64,000 nucleotides of DNA from an uncultured Clostridia bacterium. GTDB lineage: Bacteria; Bacillota; Clostridia; Oscillospirales; Oscillospiraceae. Both the position numbers and the translations under genes were made by a program. Below, piece after piece: positions 21,035 to 30,791 of the stretch (positions are counted from its first letter, which is position 1; each line of letters starts with the position of its first letter). Location: assembly GCA_947165085.1 (NCBI GenBank), contig CAMUZA010000002.1, forward strand, positions 6,844 through 70,843, in the 5' to 3' direction. A model generated the notes under the pieces. It saw nothing but the letters and a program-made list of their open reading frames with translations. It had not been told where the DNA came from and did no database searches.

Positions 21035-23407
21035 TTACGCTAATTCCGCGATCGTCACGCCGTCCTCACCCTCGCCGTAGACGCCGAGCCGGTATTTCTT
21101 TACAGCGCGATTTCGTTTCAATTCCTCATGCACAGCCTTGCGCAAGACCCCCGTTCCCTTGCCGTGGATGATCCGTACCTGCGCGAGATTTGCAAGCATC
21201 GCGCTGTCGAGGAAGACAGACAGCGCTGCGACCGCTTCCTCCGCGCTCATGCCGCGCAGATCGAGCTCCGTCGCCGTCGCGGTGTTGCGGAACTCCCGTC
21301 GGCTGCGCTCAATGATTCGCTTGACCTGCTGCTGCGTTTCCTCAATCAGGTATACCTCATTCGGCTGCGCGGTCACTTTCATGATGCCCGCCTGCAGTTG
21401 ATAGCTGCCGTCCTTATTGATCCCCAGGACGCTCGCCCTCGTGCCGAATTTCAGGATCTCGACGGTATCTCCGACCTTGATCGCCCTGCTTGGAGCGGGG
21501 CGTTCCGGAGCGGTCTTCTGCTCGGAGAATTCAGCCTCCGCATCGTTCAGACGCTTGCGAAGCTCCGCCTGCTTTTCGTTGCTGCCCTGTACGTCTGCGG
21601 CGTCGCGCATCTGCTTGCGCAGTTGCTTTAGTTCGTCCTGCACCTCGTTGGACACGCGGCGGGCGTTGTCGATGATCGCCTGCGCCTCCGCTCTCGCGCT
21701 TCGAACGGCTTTTTCGCGCTCGCGCTTGATCTCCGCATAGTATTCCTCTGATTTTGCTTTCATCTGCTCCGTTTCGAGCCGCAGACGCTCAGCTTCGATT
21801 TTTGCGCTCTCCATCTGCTGCCGCTGCTGCTCGAGCTGCGTCAGAACGTCCTCGAAATTCTTGTCGTTCTCATTGATAAAGCTCTTTGCTTTGTCGATGA
21901 TTTCGTCAGATAATCCGAGCCGCTTGGAGATCGCGAAGGCGTTGGACTTTCCGGGAATGCCGATGAGAAGCCTGTAAGTCGGGCGCAGTGTCTCCACGTC
22001 GAATTCGCAGGAGGCGTTCATCACGCCCGCCGTCCGCATAGCGTAGAGCTTCAGCTCCGCATAGTGGGTCGTCGCGGCAACGCGGCTGCCACGCTGACGG
22101 CAGTATTCGATCAGCGCGGTCGCCAGCGCAGCGCCCTCGGCGGGGTCCGTGCCCGCACCGAGCTCGTCAAAGAGCACCAGCGTCGTGTCGTCGCAGTCGG
22201 AGACGATCTGCACGATGTTCTTCATGTGCGACGAGAAGGTAGACAGCGACTGTTCGATCGACTGCTCGTCTCCGATATCCGCAAGCACACGGCTGAACAC
22301 GGAGACTGCGCTGCCGTGCTCCGCGGGGATGTGCAGACCGCATTCCGCCATCAGCGTCAAAAGTCCTAAGGTTTTCAAAGAAACCGTCTTGCCGCCGGTA
22401 TTGGGTCCGGTGATGATCAGTGTGTCAAAATCCGTGCCGAGGCGCACGGTGATCGGCACGACAGTCTTGCGGTCGATCAGAGGATGCCGCGCTTTGACGA
22501 GTTCGATCGTTCCGTTCGTGCGGATCTCCGGCTCCATCGCGTCCATGCGCAGTGAGAGCTTTGCTTTGGCGAAAATCACGTCCAGTTGGACGAGCATATC
22601 ATAGCTCAGGCAAATGCTCTCGCGGAAGGACGCCGCCTCCGCGCTGAGCTCCGCAAGGATGCGCTCGATCTCTCTGCGCTCCTGCAAAAGAAGCTCACGC
22701 AGGGCGTTATTCGCGTTGACGGCAGACATCGGCTCGATAAAATATGTGCCACCGCTTGAGGAGACGTCATGTACAAGTCCCGGGATCTCGCCCTTGTATT
22801 CGCTCTTGACCGGCACGACGTAGCGGTCTCCGCGCAAAGTAATGATCGGGTCTCGCAAGTACTTGGAATAGCTCGGCGATGTGATGATCTTCTGGAGGGA
22901 TTCCTTGACCTTCGCGCTCTGCACGCGCATGTGGCGGCGGATATCCGCCAGCTCGCTGCTTGCGGCGTCGGCGATTTCCTCCTCAGAGAGGATCGAATTG
23001 CTGATTTTATCCTCTAAGTAGCGGTTTGGATTGAGCTCACGGAAGTAAACGTCGAGCTCGGACTCCATGTAGTCGCCGTTATAGTACGCCTTTGCGTTTC
23101 GGATGCAGCGCAGGACGCCGGCGATGCGCAACAGCTCGATCGGCGTCAGACAGCCGCCGCGGTCTGCGCGTTCGAGCGAAGAAGCGATCTCCTTTAACTC
23201 ATGGAACGACGGCGAGCCTTTCAGCGAGATCAGCTTGCAGGCAGCAGAAGTCTGCCTCTGCAAAATGGCGATCTCCTCTGCGTCGTCCAACGGCAGGAGC
23301 GCTCTGCATTTTTCCTTTGCCGCCTCACTGTTCGCGCTCTCGGCGAGCTTGTCCAGAACAACGGCAAGTTCTAGTTTATTCAATGATTTTTCGTAAAGTT
23401 CAGTCAT
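21035..23407 (-). CDS. mutS2: Endonuclease MutS2
   Basis: ITGPNTGGKTV, DIGDEQSIEQSLSTFSSH, DELGAGTDP, C-terminal Smr (LDLRG...IIHGKGTG). Confidence 0.96.
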   Translation of the reverse strand: MTELYEKSLNKLELAVVLDKLAESANSEAAKEKCRALLPLDDAEEIAILQRQTSAACKLISLKGSPSFHELKEIASSLERADRGGCLTPIELLRIAGVLRCIRNAKAYYNGDYMESELDVYFRELNPNRYLEDKISNSILSEEEIADAASSELADIRRHMRVQSAKVKESLQKIITSPSYSKYLRDPIITLRGDRYVVPVKSEYKGEIPGLVHDVSSSGGTYFIEPMSAVNANNALRELLLQERREIERILAELSAEAASFRESICLSYDMLVQLDVIFAKAKLSLRMDAMEPEIRTNGTIELVKARHPLIDRKTVVPITVRLGTDFDTLIITGPNTGGKTVSLKTLGLLTLMAECGLHIPAEHGSAVSVFSRVLADIGDEQSIEQSLSTFSSHMKNIVQIVSDCDDTTLVLFDELGAGTDPAEGAALATALIEYCRQRGSRVAATTHYAELKLYAMRTAGVMNASCEFDVETLRPTYRLLIGIPGKSNAFAISKRLGLSDEIIDKAKSFINENDKNFEDVLTQLEQQRQQMESAKIEAERLRLETEQMKAKSEEYYAEIKREREKAVRSARAEAQAIIDNARRVSNEVQDELKQLRKQMRDAADVQGSNEKQAELRKRLNDAEAEFSEQKTAPERPAPSRAIKVGDTVEILKFGTRASVLGINKDGSYQLQAGIMKVTAQPNEVYLIEETQQQVKRIIERSRREFRNTATATELDLRGMSAEEAVAALSVFLDSAMLANLAQVRIIHGKGTGVLRKAVHEELKRNRAVKKYRLGVYGEGEDGVTIAELA

Positions 23408-23417
23408 GGTTCAATCC

Positions 23418-24161
23418 TCATAGAAACAGGGATTTATAAAAGTCGAGCGCGGAGAATCCGCGTTCCAGGCGCATCGTCAGATAGCTTTCAGTGATCTGGC
23501 TCAATTCCGCATAGGATTCCTCGGACAAGCGAAACGAGAACAGGCGCTTCGGATCGGCGGAGCAAATGTAGCGCATCGCGTTCAGAACGCCGGAGGATAC
23601 CGGCATGCGGATGCCGTTCACCTCTTCGCTCCTGCATGTCGCGCATTGCAAAACGCCCTGCGTGATATTGAAGCGGTCGGGGTCTTCCCTGCCGCAGACC
23701 GCACAGGCGCGCAGATCCGGCAAAAAACCCGCAATACACGCCGTTCTCAGCTCGAACACCGCCTTAACCATCGTCTGCGGCAATTTCAGCTTGGACAAGG
23801 CATACAGCGCGTTCAAAAGAAGAGATAGCAGCTCCGGCGCAGGGTCGGACTCCTGCGCCACGGTATCGCAGATCTGCACGAAATAGGACGCCAAAGAGAG
23901 CAGCTCAATGTCCGTTTGCAGCTCGGCAAACAGCTCCTTGCAGACGGCTTCTTTGATAACGAAGCGGCCTTGATAATCAGTCACCGTAAACTCCGAGTAG
24001 GCAAAAAGCTGATCGGCGGCGCGCAGCTTGCTGTTTTTGCTTTTTACGCCGCGCGCTTTGAAGGTGACTTTGCCGAGGTCGCGCGTCAGGACGGTCAGAA
24101 GCTTGTCCGTGTCCTTGTATTCAATTGCTCTTAGAACAATGCCCTCGGTCTTTTCAAACAT
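23418..24161 (-). CDS. recO: DNA repair protein RecO
   Basis: TEGIVLR..EYKDTDKLLTVLT..GK, CAVC...CATC zinc site; start placed at MFEKTE. Confidence 0.93.
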   Translation of the reverse strand: MFEKTEGIVLRAIEYKDTDKLLTVLTRDLGKVTFKARGVKSKNSKLRAADQLFAYSEFTVTDYQGRFVIKEAVCKELFAELQTDIELLSLASYFVQICDTVAQESDPAPELLSLLLNALYALSKLKLPQTMVKAVFELRTACIAGFLPDLRACAVCGREDPDRFNITQGVLQCATCRSEEVNGIRMPVSSGVLNAMRYICSADPKRLFSFRLSEESYAELSQITESYLTMRLERGFSALDFYKSLFL

Positions 24162-24182
24162 AATTATGTATGATGGCAGCAA

Positions 24183-24284
24183 TTACACTGCCGGTCCTTT
24201 GTGGTCTTTTTCTTTAAGGTAGCGCAGATAAGCCTCCGGTGCGCCGGTTTCCACGAACAAGCTCCAGTAAAACGATGCATCCAT
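24183..24284 (-). CDS. YqzL-like small protein (33 aa), not in the ORF track
   Basis: Translated by hand: MDASFYWSLFVETGAPEAYLRYLKEKDHKGPAV after AAAGGGG; W..F..TG..EAYL pattern and era-recO position match YqzL. Confidence 0.75.
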   Translation of the reverse strand: MDASFYWSLFVETGAPEAYLRYLKEKDHKGPAV

Positions 24285-24356
24285 AGGAAATCCCCTTTCG
24301 CTTTCTGCTCTTAGGATTTCCGCGCGGCGCCGATCTATCCTTGGGAAGTGTTGTTA

Positions 24357-25244
24357 TTATTGATATCCGAAATTCCGGATCAAAAAATCGCTGTCGCGCC
24401 AGTTTTCCTTGACCTTGACCCAGGTTTGCAAAAAGCACTTCGTGCCCATGAAGCGTTCGCAGTCCTCGCGCGCGGCAGTGCTGATTCGCTTCAGCATCGC
24501 GCCGTTTTTTCCGATGATAATGCCCTTGTGGCTCGCCTTTTCGCAGTAGATCGTCGCGTCGATATCGATCACGCCGTTGTCGCGCTCGGAGAATTTCGTG
24601 ATCTCGACGGCAGTGCCGTGCGGGATCTCCCGTTCCAGATTCCAGAGCAGCTTTTCCCGGATGATCTCCGCGATCACCTGCCGTTCCGGTTGATCGGAAG
24701 TCATGTCCTCCGGGAAGAAAAACGGACTTTCCGCGGCATATTTCACGCATTCGTCAAGCAGCGCTTTCACGCCGTCGTTGTATTTCGCGGAGATCGGCAT
24801 GACCGCGGCAAATTCGTAGCGTTGTGAGTAGGTCGCAATGACGGAAAGAAGCTGTTCTTTATCCTGCACGGTGTCGATCTTGTTGATGACCAGAATGGCG
24901 GGCGCGCCGCTTGCCCTGATCTGCTCGATCAGGTCTTCCTCCTGCGGACCGATGTTTGCGATCGGCTCGACGATCAGAAGGATCAGATCGACGTCCGCGA
25001 CCGATTCGCGCACGACGTCGACCATATAGTCGCCCAGCTTGGTGCGCGGCTTATGGAAGCCCGGCGTGTCAATAAAAACGAGCTGGGTATCGCCTCTGGT
25101 CAGTACGCCGCAGATGCGGTTTCTGGTCGTCTGCGGCTTATTGGAAACGATCGCGATCTTCTCTCCGACCAGATGATTGATGAGCGTGGATTTTCCGACG
25201 TTCGGTCTTCCGGCGATCGTGATCATGACGGATTTTGTGTTCAT
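24357..25244 (-). CDS. era: GTPase Era
   Basis: GRPNVGKST, KPQTTR, DTPG, NKID, KH domain GIIIGKNG. Confidence 0.97.
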   Translation of the reverse strand: MNTKSVMITIAGRPNVGKSTLINHLVGEKIAIVSNKPQTTRNRICGVLTRGDTQLVFIDTPGFHKPRTKLGDYMVDVVRESVADVDLILLIVEPIANIGPQEEDLIEQIRASGAPAILVINKIDTVQDKEQLLSVIATYSQRYEFAAVMPISAKYNDGVKALLDECVKYAAESPFFFPEDMTSDQPERQVIAEIIREKLLWNLEREIPHGTAVEITKFSERDNGVIDIDATIYCEKASHKGIIIGKNGAMLKRISTAAREDCERFMGTKCFLQTWVKVKENWRDSDFLIRNFGYQ

Positions 25245-25254
25245 AATTATCTCC

Positions 25255-25752
25255 TTATGCGCGTGAAATTCCGATCTCCGCGGCGATGATCTCTTCCCGG
25301 ATTCGCATCTGCCGTTTCATTTCGCCTTCATCCAAATGATCGTAACCCAGAAGGTGCAGAACGCTGTGGATCGTAAGATAGCCGACCTCGCGCTTGAGCG
25401 TATTGCCGAAGCGCTTTGCCTGATCTCTTGCGCGTTCCAGCGAGATCGCCATATCGCCCAGCGGAAGCAGGCCTGTCTGCGGATCAACGAGAGTTTCCGC
25501 GTCTGCAGGGAATTCTCCCGCCTTGAATTGGAACATCGGAAACGACAGCACGTCCGTCGCGCTGTCAACACCGCGCGTCGCTTTGTTGATCACCTGAATG
25601 CCCTGGTCGTTCGTGATAAGCACGTTGATCTCGCAGGGAACGTTCACGCCCTCGGCCTCCAGCGCTGCGCTGATGCAGCGGTACAGATGGATCGTCAGCG
25701 CGGGGTTCTTCTCTCTCTTGTTCGCATATCGAACCAAAATGCGGTGCTTCAT
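25255..25752 (-). CDS. ybeY: rRNA maturation RNase YbeY
   Basis: TDVLSFP and HSVLHLLGYDH; start placed at MKHRIL. Confidence 0.93.
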   Translation of the reverse strand: MKHRILVRYANKREKNPALTIHLYRCISAALEAEGVNVPCEINVLITNDQGIQVINKATRGVDSATDVLSFPMFQFKAGEFPADAETLVDPQTGLLPLGDMAISLERARDQAKRFGNTLKREVGYLTIHSVLHLLGYDHLDEGEMKRQMRIREEIIAAEIGISRA

Positions 25753-25756
25753 TTGA

Positions 25757-26746
25757 TTACTTCCTTCTGTAGACTTTCTTCTGCGCGGGAAGATCTTTCT
25801 TCTCACCGCTCTCATAGGCGGCGATAATCTGCTGCACGAGGGCGTGACGCACAACGTCGCTTGCCGTCAGGCGGCAGATCGCGATATCGGGAATGTTTTC
25901 CAGAATCCTGACGGCGTCCTTCAAGCCGCTCGTTTTATCGCTCGGCAGATCGATCTGCGTGATGTCGCCCGTGATGACGATCTTCGAGCCGAAGCCGAGG
26001 CGCGTGAGGAACATTTTCATCTGCTCGCGCGTGGTATTCTGCGCTTCGTCAAGAATAATAAAGCTGTCGTCCAGAGTCCTGCCGCGCATATAGGCAAGCG
26101 GAGCTACCTCAATATTGCCGCGCTCCAGATACTTCTGGTAGGTTTCCGCGCCGAGCATGTCGTACAGCGCGTCATACAGTGGGCGCAGATAGGGGTCGAC
26201 CTTGTTCTGCAGATCACCGGGCAGGAAACCGAGACGCTCGCCCGCTTCCACGGCGGGACGGGTCAGAATGATGCGGTTTACCGTCTTAGCGCGGAACGCG
26301 GCGACCGCCGCGGCAACAGCGAGATAGGTCTTGCCCGTGCCGGCCGGACCGACGCCGATCGTGATTGTATTTTTGAGGATCGCCTTCATGTAGCGCTGCT
26401 GTCCGATGGTCTTCGCCTTGATCGGCTTGCCCTTTGCAGTGATACAGACGACGTCCTTCGCCATCTCATTGATCTTGTCGTCGTTGCCCGTGGAGACAAG
26501 ATCGATCAGATAGCGCACCTTCTGTTCGTCGATCGGCTCGCCCTTTGCGGCAAGCGTCAGAAGTCCCTCGATCGCTCTGGCGCCCTTGTCGACCTCCTCC
26601 TCGCCGCCGCTGACCTTCAGCTCCGTGCCGCGATTTGTGATCTTCACGTGATAGGTTTCCTCAATACGCTTGATATTTTCATCAAACGAGCCGAATACGT
26701 TGATGATCTGTTCAATCCGTTCTGCGTTGATAATGCGTTCCGTCAT
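25757..26746 (-). CDS. phoH: PhoH family ATPase
   Basis: GPAGTGKTYLA, LGFLPGDL, LAYMRGRT, DEAQN; start placed at MTERII. Confidence 0.95.
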   Translation of the reverse strand: MTERIINAERIEQIINVFGSFDENIKRIEETYHVKITNRGTELKVSGGEEEVDKGARAIEGLLTLAAKGEPIDEQKVRYLIDLVSTGNDDKINEMAKDVVCITAKGKPIKAKTIGQQRYMKAILKNTITIGVGPAGTGKTYLAVAAAVAAFRAKTVNRIILTRPAVEAGERLGFLPGDLQNKVDPYLRPLYDALYDMLGAETYQKYLERGNIEVAPLAYMRGRTLDDSFIILDEAQNTTREQMKMFLTRLGFGSKIVITGDITQIDLPSDKTSGLKDAVRILENIPDIAICRLTASDVVRHALVQQIIAAYESGEKKDLPAQKKVYRRK

Positions 26747-27935
26747 CGTTTTCTCCTTCGTATTGCCCGATAATCGGGACAAGTCTTGCAATCATTTCAT
26801 TACACGTGCTTTCCGCACGCAGGACGTATACCGTATCGCTGCGGGAGAATCGGTAATCCGTCTGTTCGATCACGCCCGCGATCATCGCCGCGCGCGTCTG
26901 TGCTCGCCAGGCAGATTCCAGTTCGCTTTGTGCTGCGGCCGGGTCTTTCAGACGTTCCGAGAGTGAATACTCCCGGTAAACAGCAGTTTCCAAAGCGACC
27001 GGAAACACATATCCCGGCAGACGCAATCGTTTTACGTCTACCATTTTATCACAACTGCCCACCGAAATTCCACTGTTTCCGCATAAATTTATTCTTTTTC
27101 TTCCGACCAGCAGAGAAACCTGCTTCCATTCACGACCCGTGTAGACCTTTTCCATCGCAAAAACCGGCGTAACGATACTGCCCTGCCGCCATGTGTTTGC
27201 ATAGATCTCCCCATCCGCGCAGACAGCGCGCATGCATAATCCGTAGTCTTCCAGACCGGAAACCAGGATCTGTCCCTCGGTCACAGTATCGCCGCGTTCA
27301 ATCAGGCGCATACCCTCCGCGATATTGTAGTCTGTGATGATACCGCGCGCGGAGGCGACCAGATTTCCAGCCTGCGGTTTTACTTCCGCCTCCTGCGGCA
27401 GCTCGCGTTCCGTCACGAGAACCGTGATCTTTCCGCCAGTTCGGTTTGCCGCAAGCCATGACAGCTCCGGTACGGCGTTCAGCATTTTCATTTTGATCTG
27501 CTGCTGATCAATCCCTGCGCTCCTTTCTCCCGGTTTTATCCCAAACTCCGCCAGCGACCGAAGAATGACGTCTTGCGGAACACGCTTGTTTCCATGAACT
27601 TCGATCACCCAAATCCGTGATTGCAGGAGAAAGCAAAGCGTGATCGCCGTCGCTGCGCCGATGAGCAGAACGGGTCTGTGCAGTACTTTTTTTATCAAAA
27701 TCGGCAGTCCGCTGTCATACATGACCTCCGCCGTGCAGAAGCAGCGCGCTGCAAGCTCGATTGCCCGCCGTGCGTTGCGCTTTGAAACGCTGACGTGATA
27801 GCAAAGCTCTTCGACACGCTCCACTGCCCAGAATGAGATCCCGTTCTGCGTTAGCTGATTCAAATAATTCTGAGGCGATGCGCCTGTTATGGACAGACGC
27901 GCTTCTCCGATCAAATACGCAACCAGCCGGTTCAT
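26712..27935 (-). CDS. yqfD: Sporulation protein YqfD
   Basis: Single TM then POTRA-like IWVIEVHGN, A...GII, G..V..G..LVSG; conserved yqfC-yqfD-phoH order. Confidence 0.85.
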   Translation of the reverse strand: MNRLVAYLIGEARLSITGASPQNYLNQLTQNGISFWAVERVEELCYHVSVSKRNARRAIELAARCFCTAEVMYDSGLPILIKKVLHRPVLLIGAATAITLCFLLQSRIWVIEVHGNKRVPQDVILRSLAEFGIKPGERSAGIDQQQIKMKMLNAVPELSWLAANRTGGKITVLVTERELPQEAEVKPQAGNLVASARGIITDYNIAEGMRLIERGDTVTEGQILVSGLEDYGLCMRAVCADGEIYANTWRQGSIVTPVFAMEKVYTGREWKQVSLLVGRKRINLCGNSGISVGSCDKMVDVKRLRLPGYVFPVALETAVYREYSLSERLKDPAAAQSELESAWRAQTRAAMIAGVIEQTDYRFSRSDTVYVLRAESTCNEMIARLVPIIGQYEGENDDGTHYQRRTD

Positions 27936-27936
27936 A

Positions 27937-28245
27937 TCATTCCAGCTCCAGCCGCTGCAGCTTCCCGCGGATCTCAACGCACTTCTTTGTCATTCGCGCG
28001 ATTGTCAGCGCGATCCCGTAGATATGGACGCTGCCGCCCTTGACCGCAATCTGAATATGCTCCTGCTCATATACACGCACACCCTTGTGATTCTCAACGC
28101 AGACGCTGCGCTTTCCGCGCACCTGCAAGAGCGCGGAATCTGAGATCAGTTCTTCCGGAATCGACGTTTTTTCACTGATCTTTTCGGTAACCTTCTGTTT
28201 CAAATCATTCACCTGCCTGAAACATTCTATGCAGGCAGTGGTCAT
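27937..28245 (-). CDS. yqfC: YabP/YqfC family sporulation protein
   Basis: VCVENHKGV..Y...I...I.G..L.I...I.G.L pattern; upstream of yqfD. Confidence 0.8.
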   Translation of the reverse strand: MTTACIECFRQVNDLKQKVTEKISEKTSIPEELISDSALLQVRGKRSVCVENHKGVRVYEQEHIQIAVKGGSVHIYGIALTIARMTKKCVEIRGKLQRLELE

Positions 28246-28268
28246 TCTTTCCTTTGCGCGCATATATT
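28241..28268 (+). promoter_or_regulatory. Putative sigma-E promoter for ylbJ
   Basis: GTCATT-14 nt-CATATATT resembles the sigma-E consensus. Confidence 0.5.
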
Positions 28269-28283
28269 CAACGGGGTGATGAC

Positions 28284-29312
28284 GTGAAACGAAAACTTAT
28301 GATCACAATTGCGATATTTTTCGGGCTGTTCGGGCTGATTGTGTATTCCAAGGAGTCTGCAGACGCGGCAAGAAACGCCCTGCGGGTCTGCGCAACGTCT
28401 GTAATCCCCTCTCTGTTTCCGTTTTTTGTGCTGTCAAAGCTGCTGCTGTCCGGCGGCTTTCACTTTCCGTTCCCGAATCGTTTTGCAGCGCGCTTTTTCG
28501 GCGTCAGCGGGGCGTGTGCGTCCGCTTTCTGCGTGAGCATTCTGGGCGGTTATCCCGCTGGCGCGTCTGCAGCAGCAGACCTCTACAGGAGCGGCGCGAT
28601 CACAAAGCAGGACGCGGAACGTTCGCTCTGCTTCTGCAATAATTCCGGCCCCGCCTTTTTTCTGTCCTTCATTGGCGGAACGGTACTGCACAGCACGAGG
28701 CTCGGATTCGTTTTATACTTGATTCATGTTATCTCTGCGGCGCTTTGCGGCAGAGTGTTTGCAGGGCAAGGAAGTTTCATGCTGCAAATACGGCGGCTCG
28801 CGGTGTCAGAACAGGCGCGGAACAAGCGTCTGTCGGAGGCGGTTTCAGAAAGCTGCGCCTCCCTGCTGCAGATCAGCGGTCTGATCGTATTTTACTCCGT
28901 GATGGTCGCCATGGCGGAGGAGATCGGTCTGTTTCGGCTTTTGTCGAAGATCCCAAATCTGCCTGCCACCGAAGCAAAAGCGATCCTGTGCGGCGTATTT
29001 GAGCTTTCTGTCGGGATCCTGCGCAGTGCGGAATCCCGTTTTGCGTTCGTTCTTTGCGCATTTATCATGGGATGGGGCGGATTCTGCGTGCATGCGCAGG
29101 CAAAGGCAATCTGGCAGAATGCGGGACTTCAGCCGAGGCATTACTACCGTTCCAAGCTGCTGCACGGATTCATTTCCGCGTTATTTGCGCTTTGCTACAG
29201 GTTCCCAAGCGCGTATTCCGTATCGTTGAGCGCCGGCATTTTCCTGCTATGCGTATTCTTTCCGTCTTTTTCGAAAAAATGGGGTAGAAATCTGCAGCGA
29301 AATACGCTATAA
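28284..29312 (+). CDS. ylbJ: Sporulation integral membrane protein YlbJ-like
   Basis: VIPSLFPFFVLS, GGYPAGA, CNNSGPAF, FELSVG, GWGGFCVHAQ; probable GTG start at 28284. Confidence 0.85.
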   Translation: MKRKLMITIAIFFGLFGLIVYSKESADAARNALRVCATSVIPSLFPFFVLSKLLLSGGFHFPFPNRFAARFFGVSGACASAFCVSILGGYPAGASAAADLYRSGAITKQDAERSLCFCNNSGPAFFLSFIGGTVLHSTRLGFVLYLIHVISAALCGRVFAGQGSFMLQIRRLAVSEQARNKRLSEAVSESCASLLQISGLIVFYSVMVAMAEEIGLFRLLSKIPNLPATEAKAILCGVFELSVGILRSAESRFAFVLCAFIMGWGGFCVHAQAKAIWQNAGLQPRHYYRSKLLHGFISALFALCYRFPSAYSVSLSAGIFLLCVFFPSFSKKWGRNLQRNTL

Positions 29313-29332
29313 TCATCTTCGAGGTGAGGAAT

Positions 29333-29542
29333 ATGCTGTTCCGAAAGAATATCAAGAAATGCTGCGCCAACTGCGCCCGCTCCGGGAAAGTCAGCGATTC
29401 TGCGTATATCTGCACAAAAAAAGGAATGGTATCTCCCGGACACCATTGTTGGCGATTCAAATACGATCCGTTAAAGCGCACGCCAGTCAGGAAGGATCCG
29501 ACCGATTTTTCCAAATACGACGACGTGGATTTCTCCCTGTAA
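29333..29542 (+). CDS. Small Cys-rich conserved hypothetical protein (69 aa)
   Basis: GAGGA RBS, upstream TATAAT (29308-29313), CxxC...C...C...F.YDPLKR motif, downstream terminator. Confidence 0.75.
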   Translation: MLFRKNIKKCCANCARSGKVSDSAYICTKKGMVSPGHHCWRFKYDPLKRTPVRKDPTDFSKYDDVDFSL

Positions 29543-29545
29543 ACG

Positions 29546-29580
29546 AAAAGACCTCCGAAGACGCTTCGGAGGTCTTTTTT
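29546..29580. terminator. Bidirectional Rho-independent terminator
   Basis: aaaagacctccgaag / cttcggaggtctttt between convergent genes. Confidence 0.85.
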
Positions 29581-30773
29581 TATCTTACGCCGTAGTCCTC
29601 TGCCAGCTTTTTGAACAGCGGCAGCGAGCGTTCGATCATATCCGTCGTGACGCAATAGGAAATGCGGAAGTGACCGGGTGTGCCGAAGCCGTCGCCCGGA
29701 ACGAGCAGCAGGTCGTACTTCCTCGCCTTTTCGCAGAATGCGCCGGCGTCCGCTTCCAAAGAGCGCGGAAACAGATAGAACGCGCCGCCCGGCGCAACGC
29801 AGGTATAGCCGTAGCTGCGCAACCCGTCTAAAAGGAGTCTGCGGTTCGTTTCGTAAATGGAAATATCCGAGGTCGTTCCGACGCATTCAGCGGCGACAAT
29901 CTGGAACATGGACGGCGCGCAGACGTAGCCGAGACTTCTGCCCGCGCCGCAGACTGCGGCGTAGACGTCAGAGGCGTTCTCAATGCAGTCCGGCACAAGA
30001 ATATAGCCGATTCTCTCGCCCGGCATGGACAGCGATTTGGAGAAGGAGTAACAGACGACGGTATTGCGGTAAGCGGGCGCGATGAAGTTGATCTTCTCAC
30101 CGCCGAAGACGATCTCTCGGTACGGCTCGTCGGAAATCAGATAGATCGGATGACCGTATTGCGCCGATTTTCTCTCTAACAGGGCGGCAAGACGGGAGAT
30201 CGTTTCCTCGGAATAGATCACGCCGCAGGGATTGTTCGGCGAGTTGATGATCAGCGCCTTCGTATTCTCACTGATGCCCGCCTCCAGCGTCATGAAGTCG
30301 ATCTGGAAGTCCTCGATCTGCGCCGGAATAACGACGCATTTTGCGCCGGCGCAGCTTTCCACCCACATCTTATATTCCGGAAAGAATGGAGCAAACACGA
30401 TGACCTCATCCGAAGATGACGCGACCAACGCACGCAGCGTAATCATCAGCGAAGCGGCAGCGCCGCAGGTCATGTAGAAATTCTCCGGGCGGTAGTCCGT
30501 GCCGAAACGGCGGTTCAGATCATCCGCCATTGCCTTGCGGCAGGCTTCACTTCCCTGTGCGGAGGTGTAGCCGTGCACCGCGACCGGATCCATTTTTACG
30601 ATTTTTTCCAGTGTTTCCGCCACCTTGGCGGGCGCGGGTACGTTCGGATTGCCGAGGGAAAAGTCAAAGATATTCTCTCTGCCGACGATCTTCGCACGCT
30701 GATTCCCATATTCAAAAATATCGCGGATGACCGAACGATGGTTGCCCAGCCGCATCATTTCCCGGTTGATCAT
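29580..30773 (-). CDS. PLP-dependent class I/II aminotransferase (aspartate aminotransferase-like)
   Basis: NSPNNPCG, SDEPY, SFSKSLSMPGERIGY (PLP lysine). Confidence 0.92.
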   Translation of the reverse strand: MINREMMRLGNHRSVIRDIFEYGNQRAKIVGRENIFDFSLGNPNVPAPAKVAETLEKIVKMDPVAVHGYTSAQGSEACRKAMADDLNRRFGTDYRPENFYMTCGAAASLMITLRALVASSSDEVIVFAPFFPEYKMWVESCAGAKCVVIPAQIEDFQIDFMTLEAGISENTKALIINSPNNPCGVIYSEETISRLAALLERKSAQYGHPIYLISDEPYREIVFGGEKINFIAPAYRNTVVCYSFSKSLSMPGERIGYILVPDCIENASDVYAAVCGAGRSLGYVCAPSMFQIVAAECVGTTSDISIYETNRRLLLDGLRSYGYTCVAPGGAFYLFPRSLEADAGAFCEKARKYDLLLVPGDGFGTPGHFRISYCVTTDMIERSLPLFKKLAEDYGVR

Positions 30774-30791
30774 AAGTCCATCTCTTTTCTG

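Noticed and set aside
24214-24750. 178-aa minus-strand ORF overlapping era
   Set aside because: Alternative frame of era. The credible gene in this gap is the 33-aa YqzL-like ORF in another frame.
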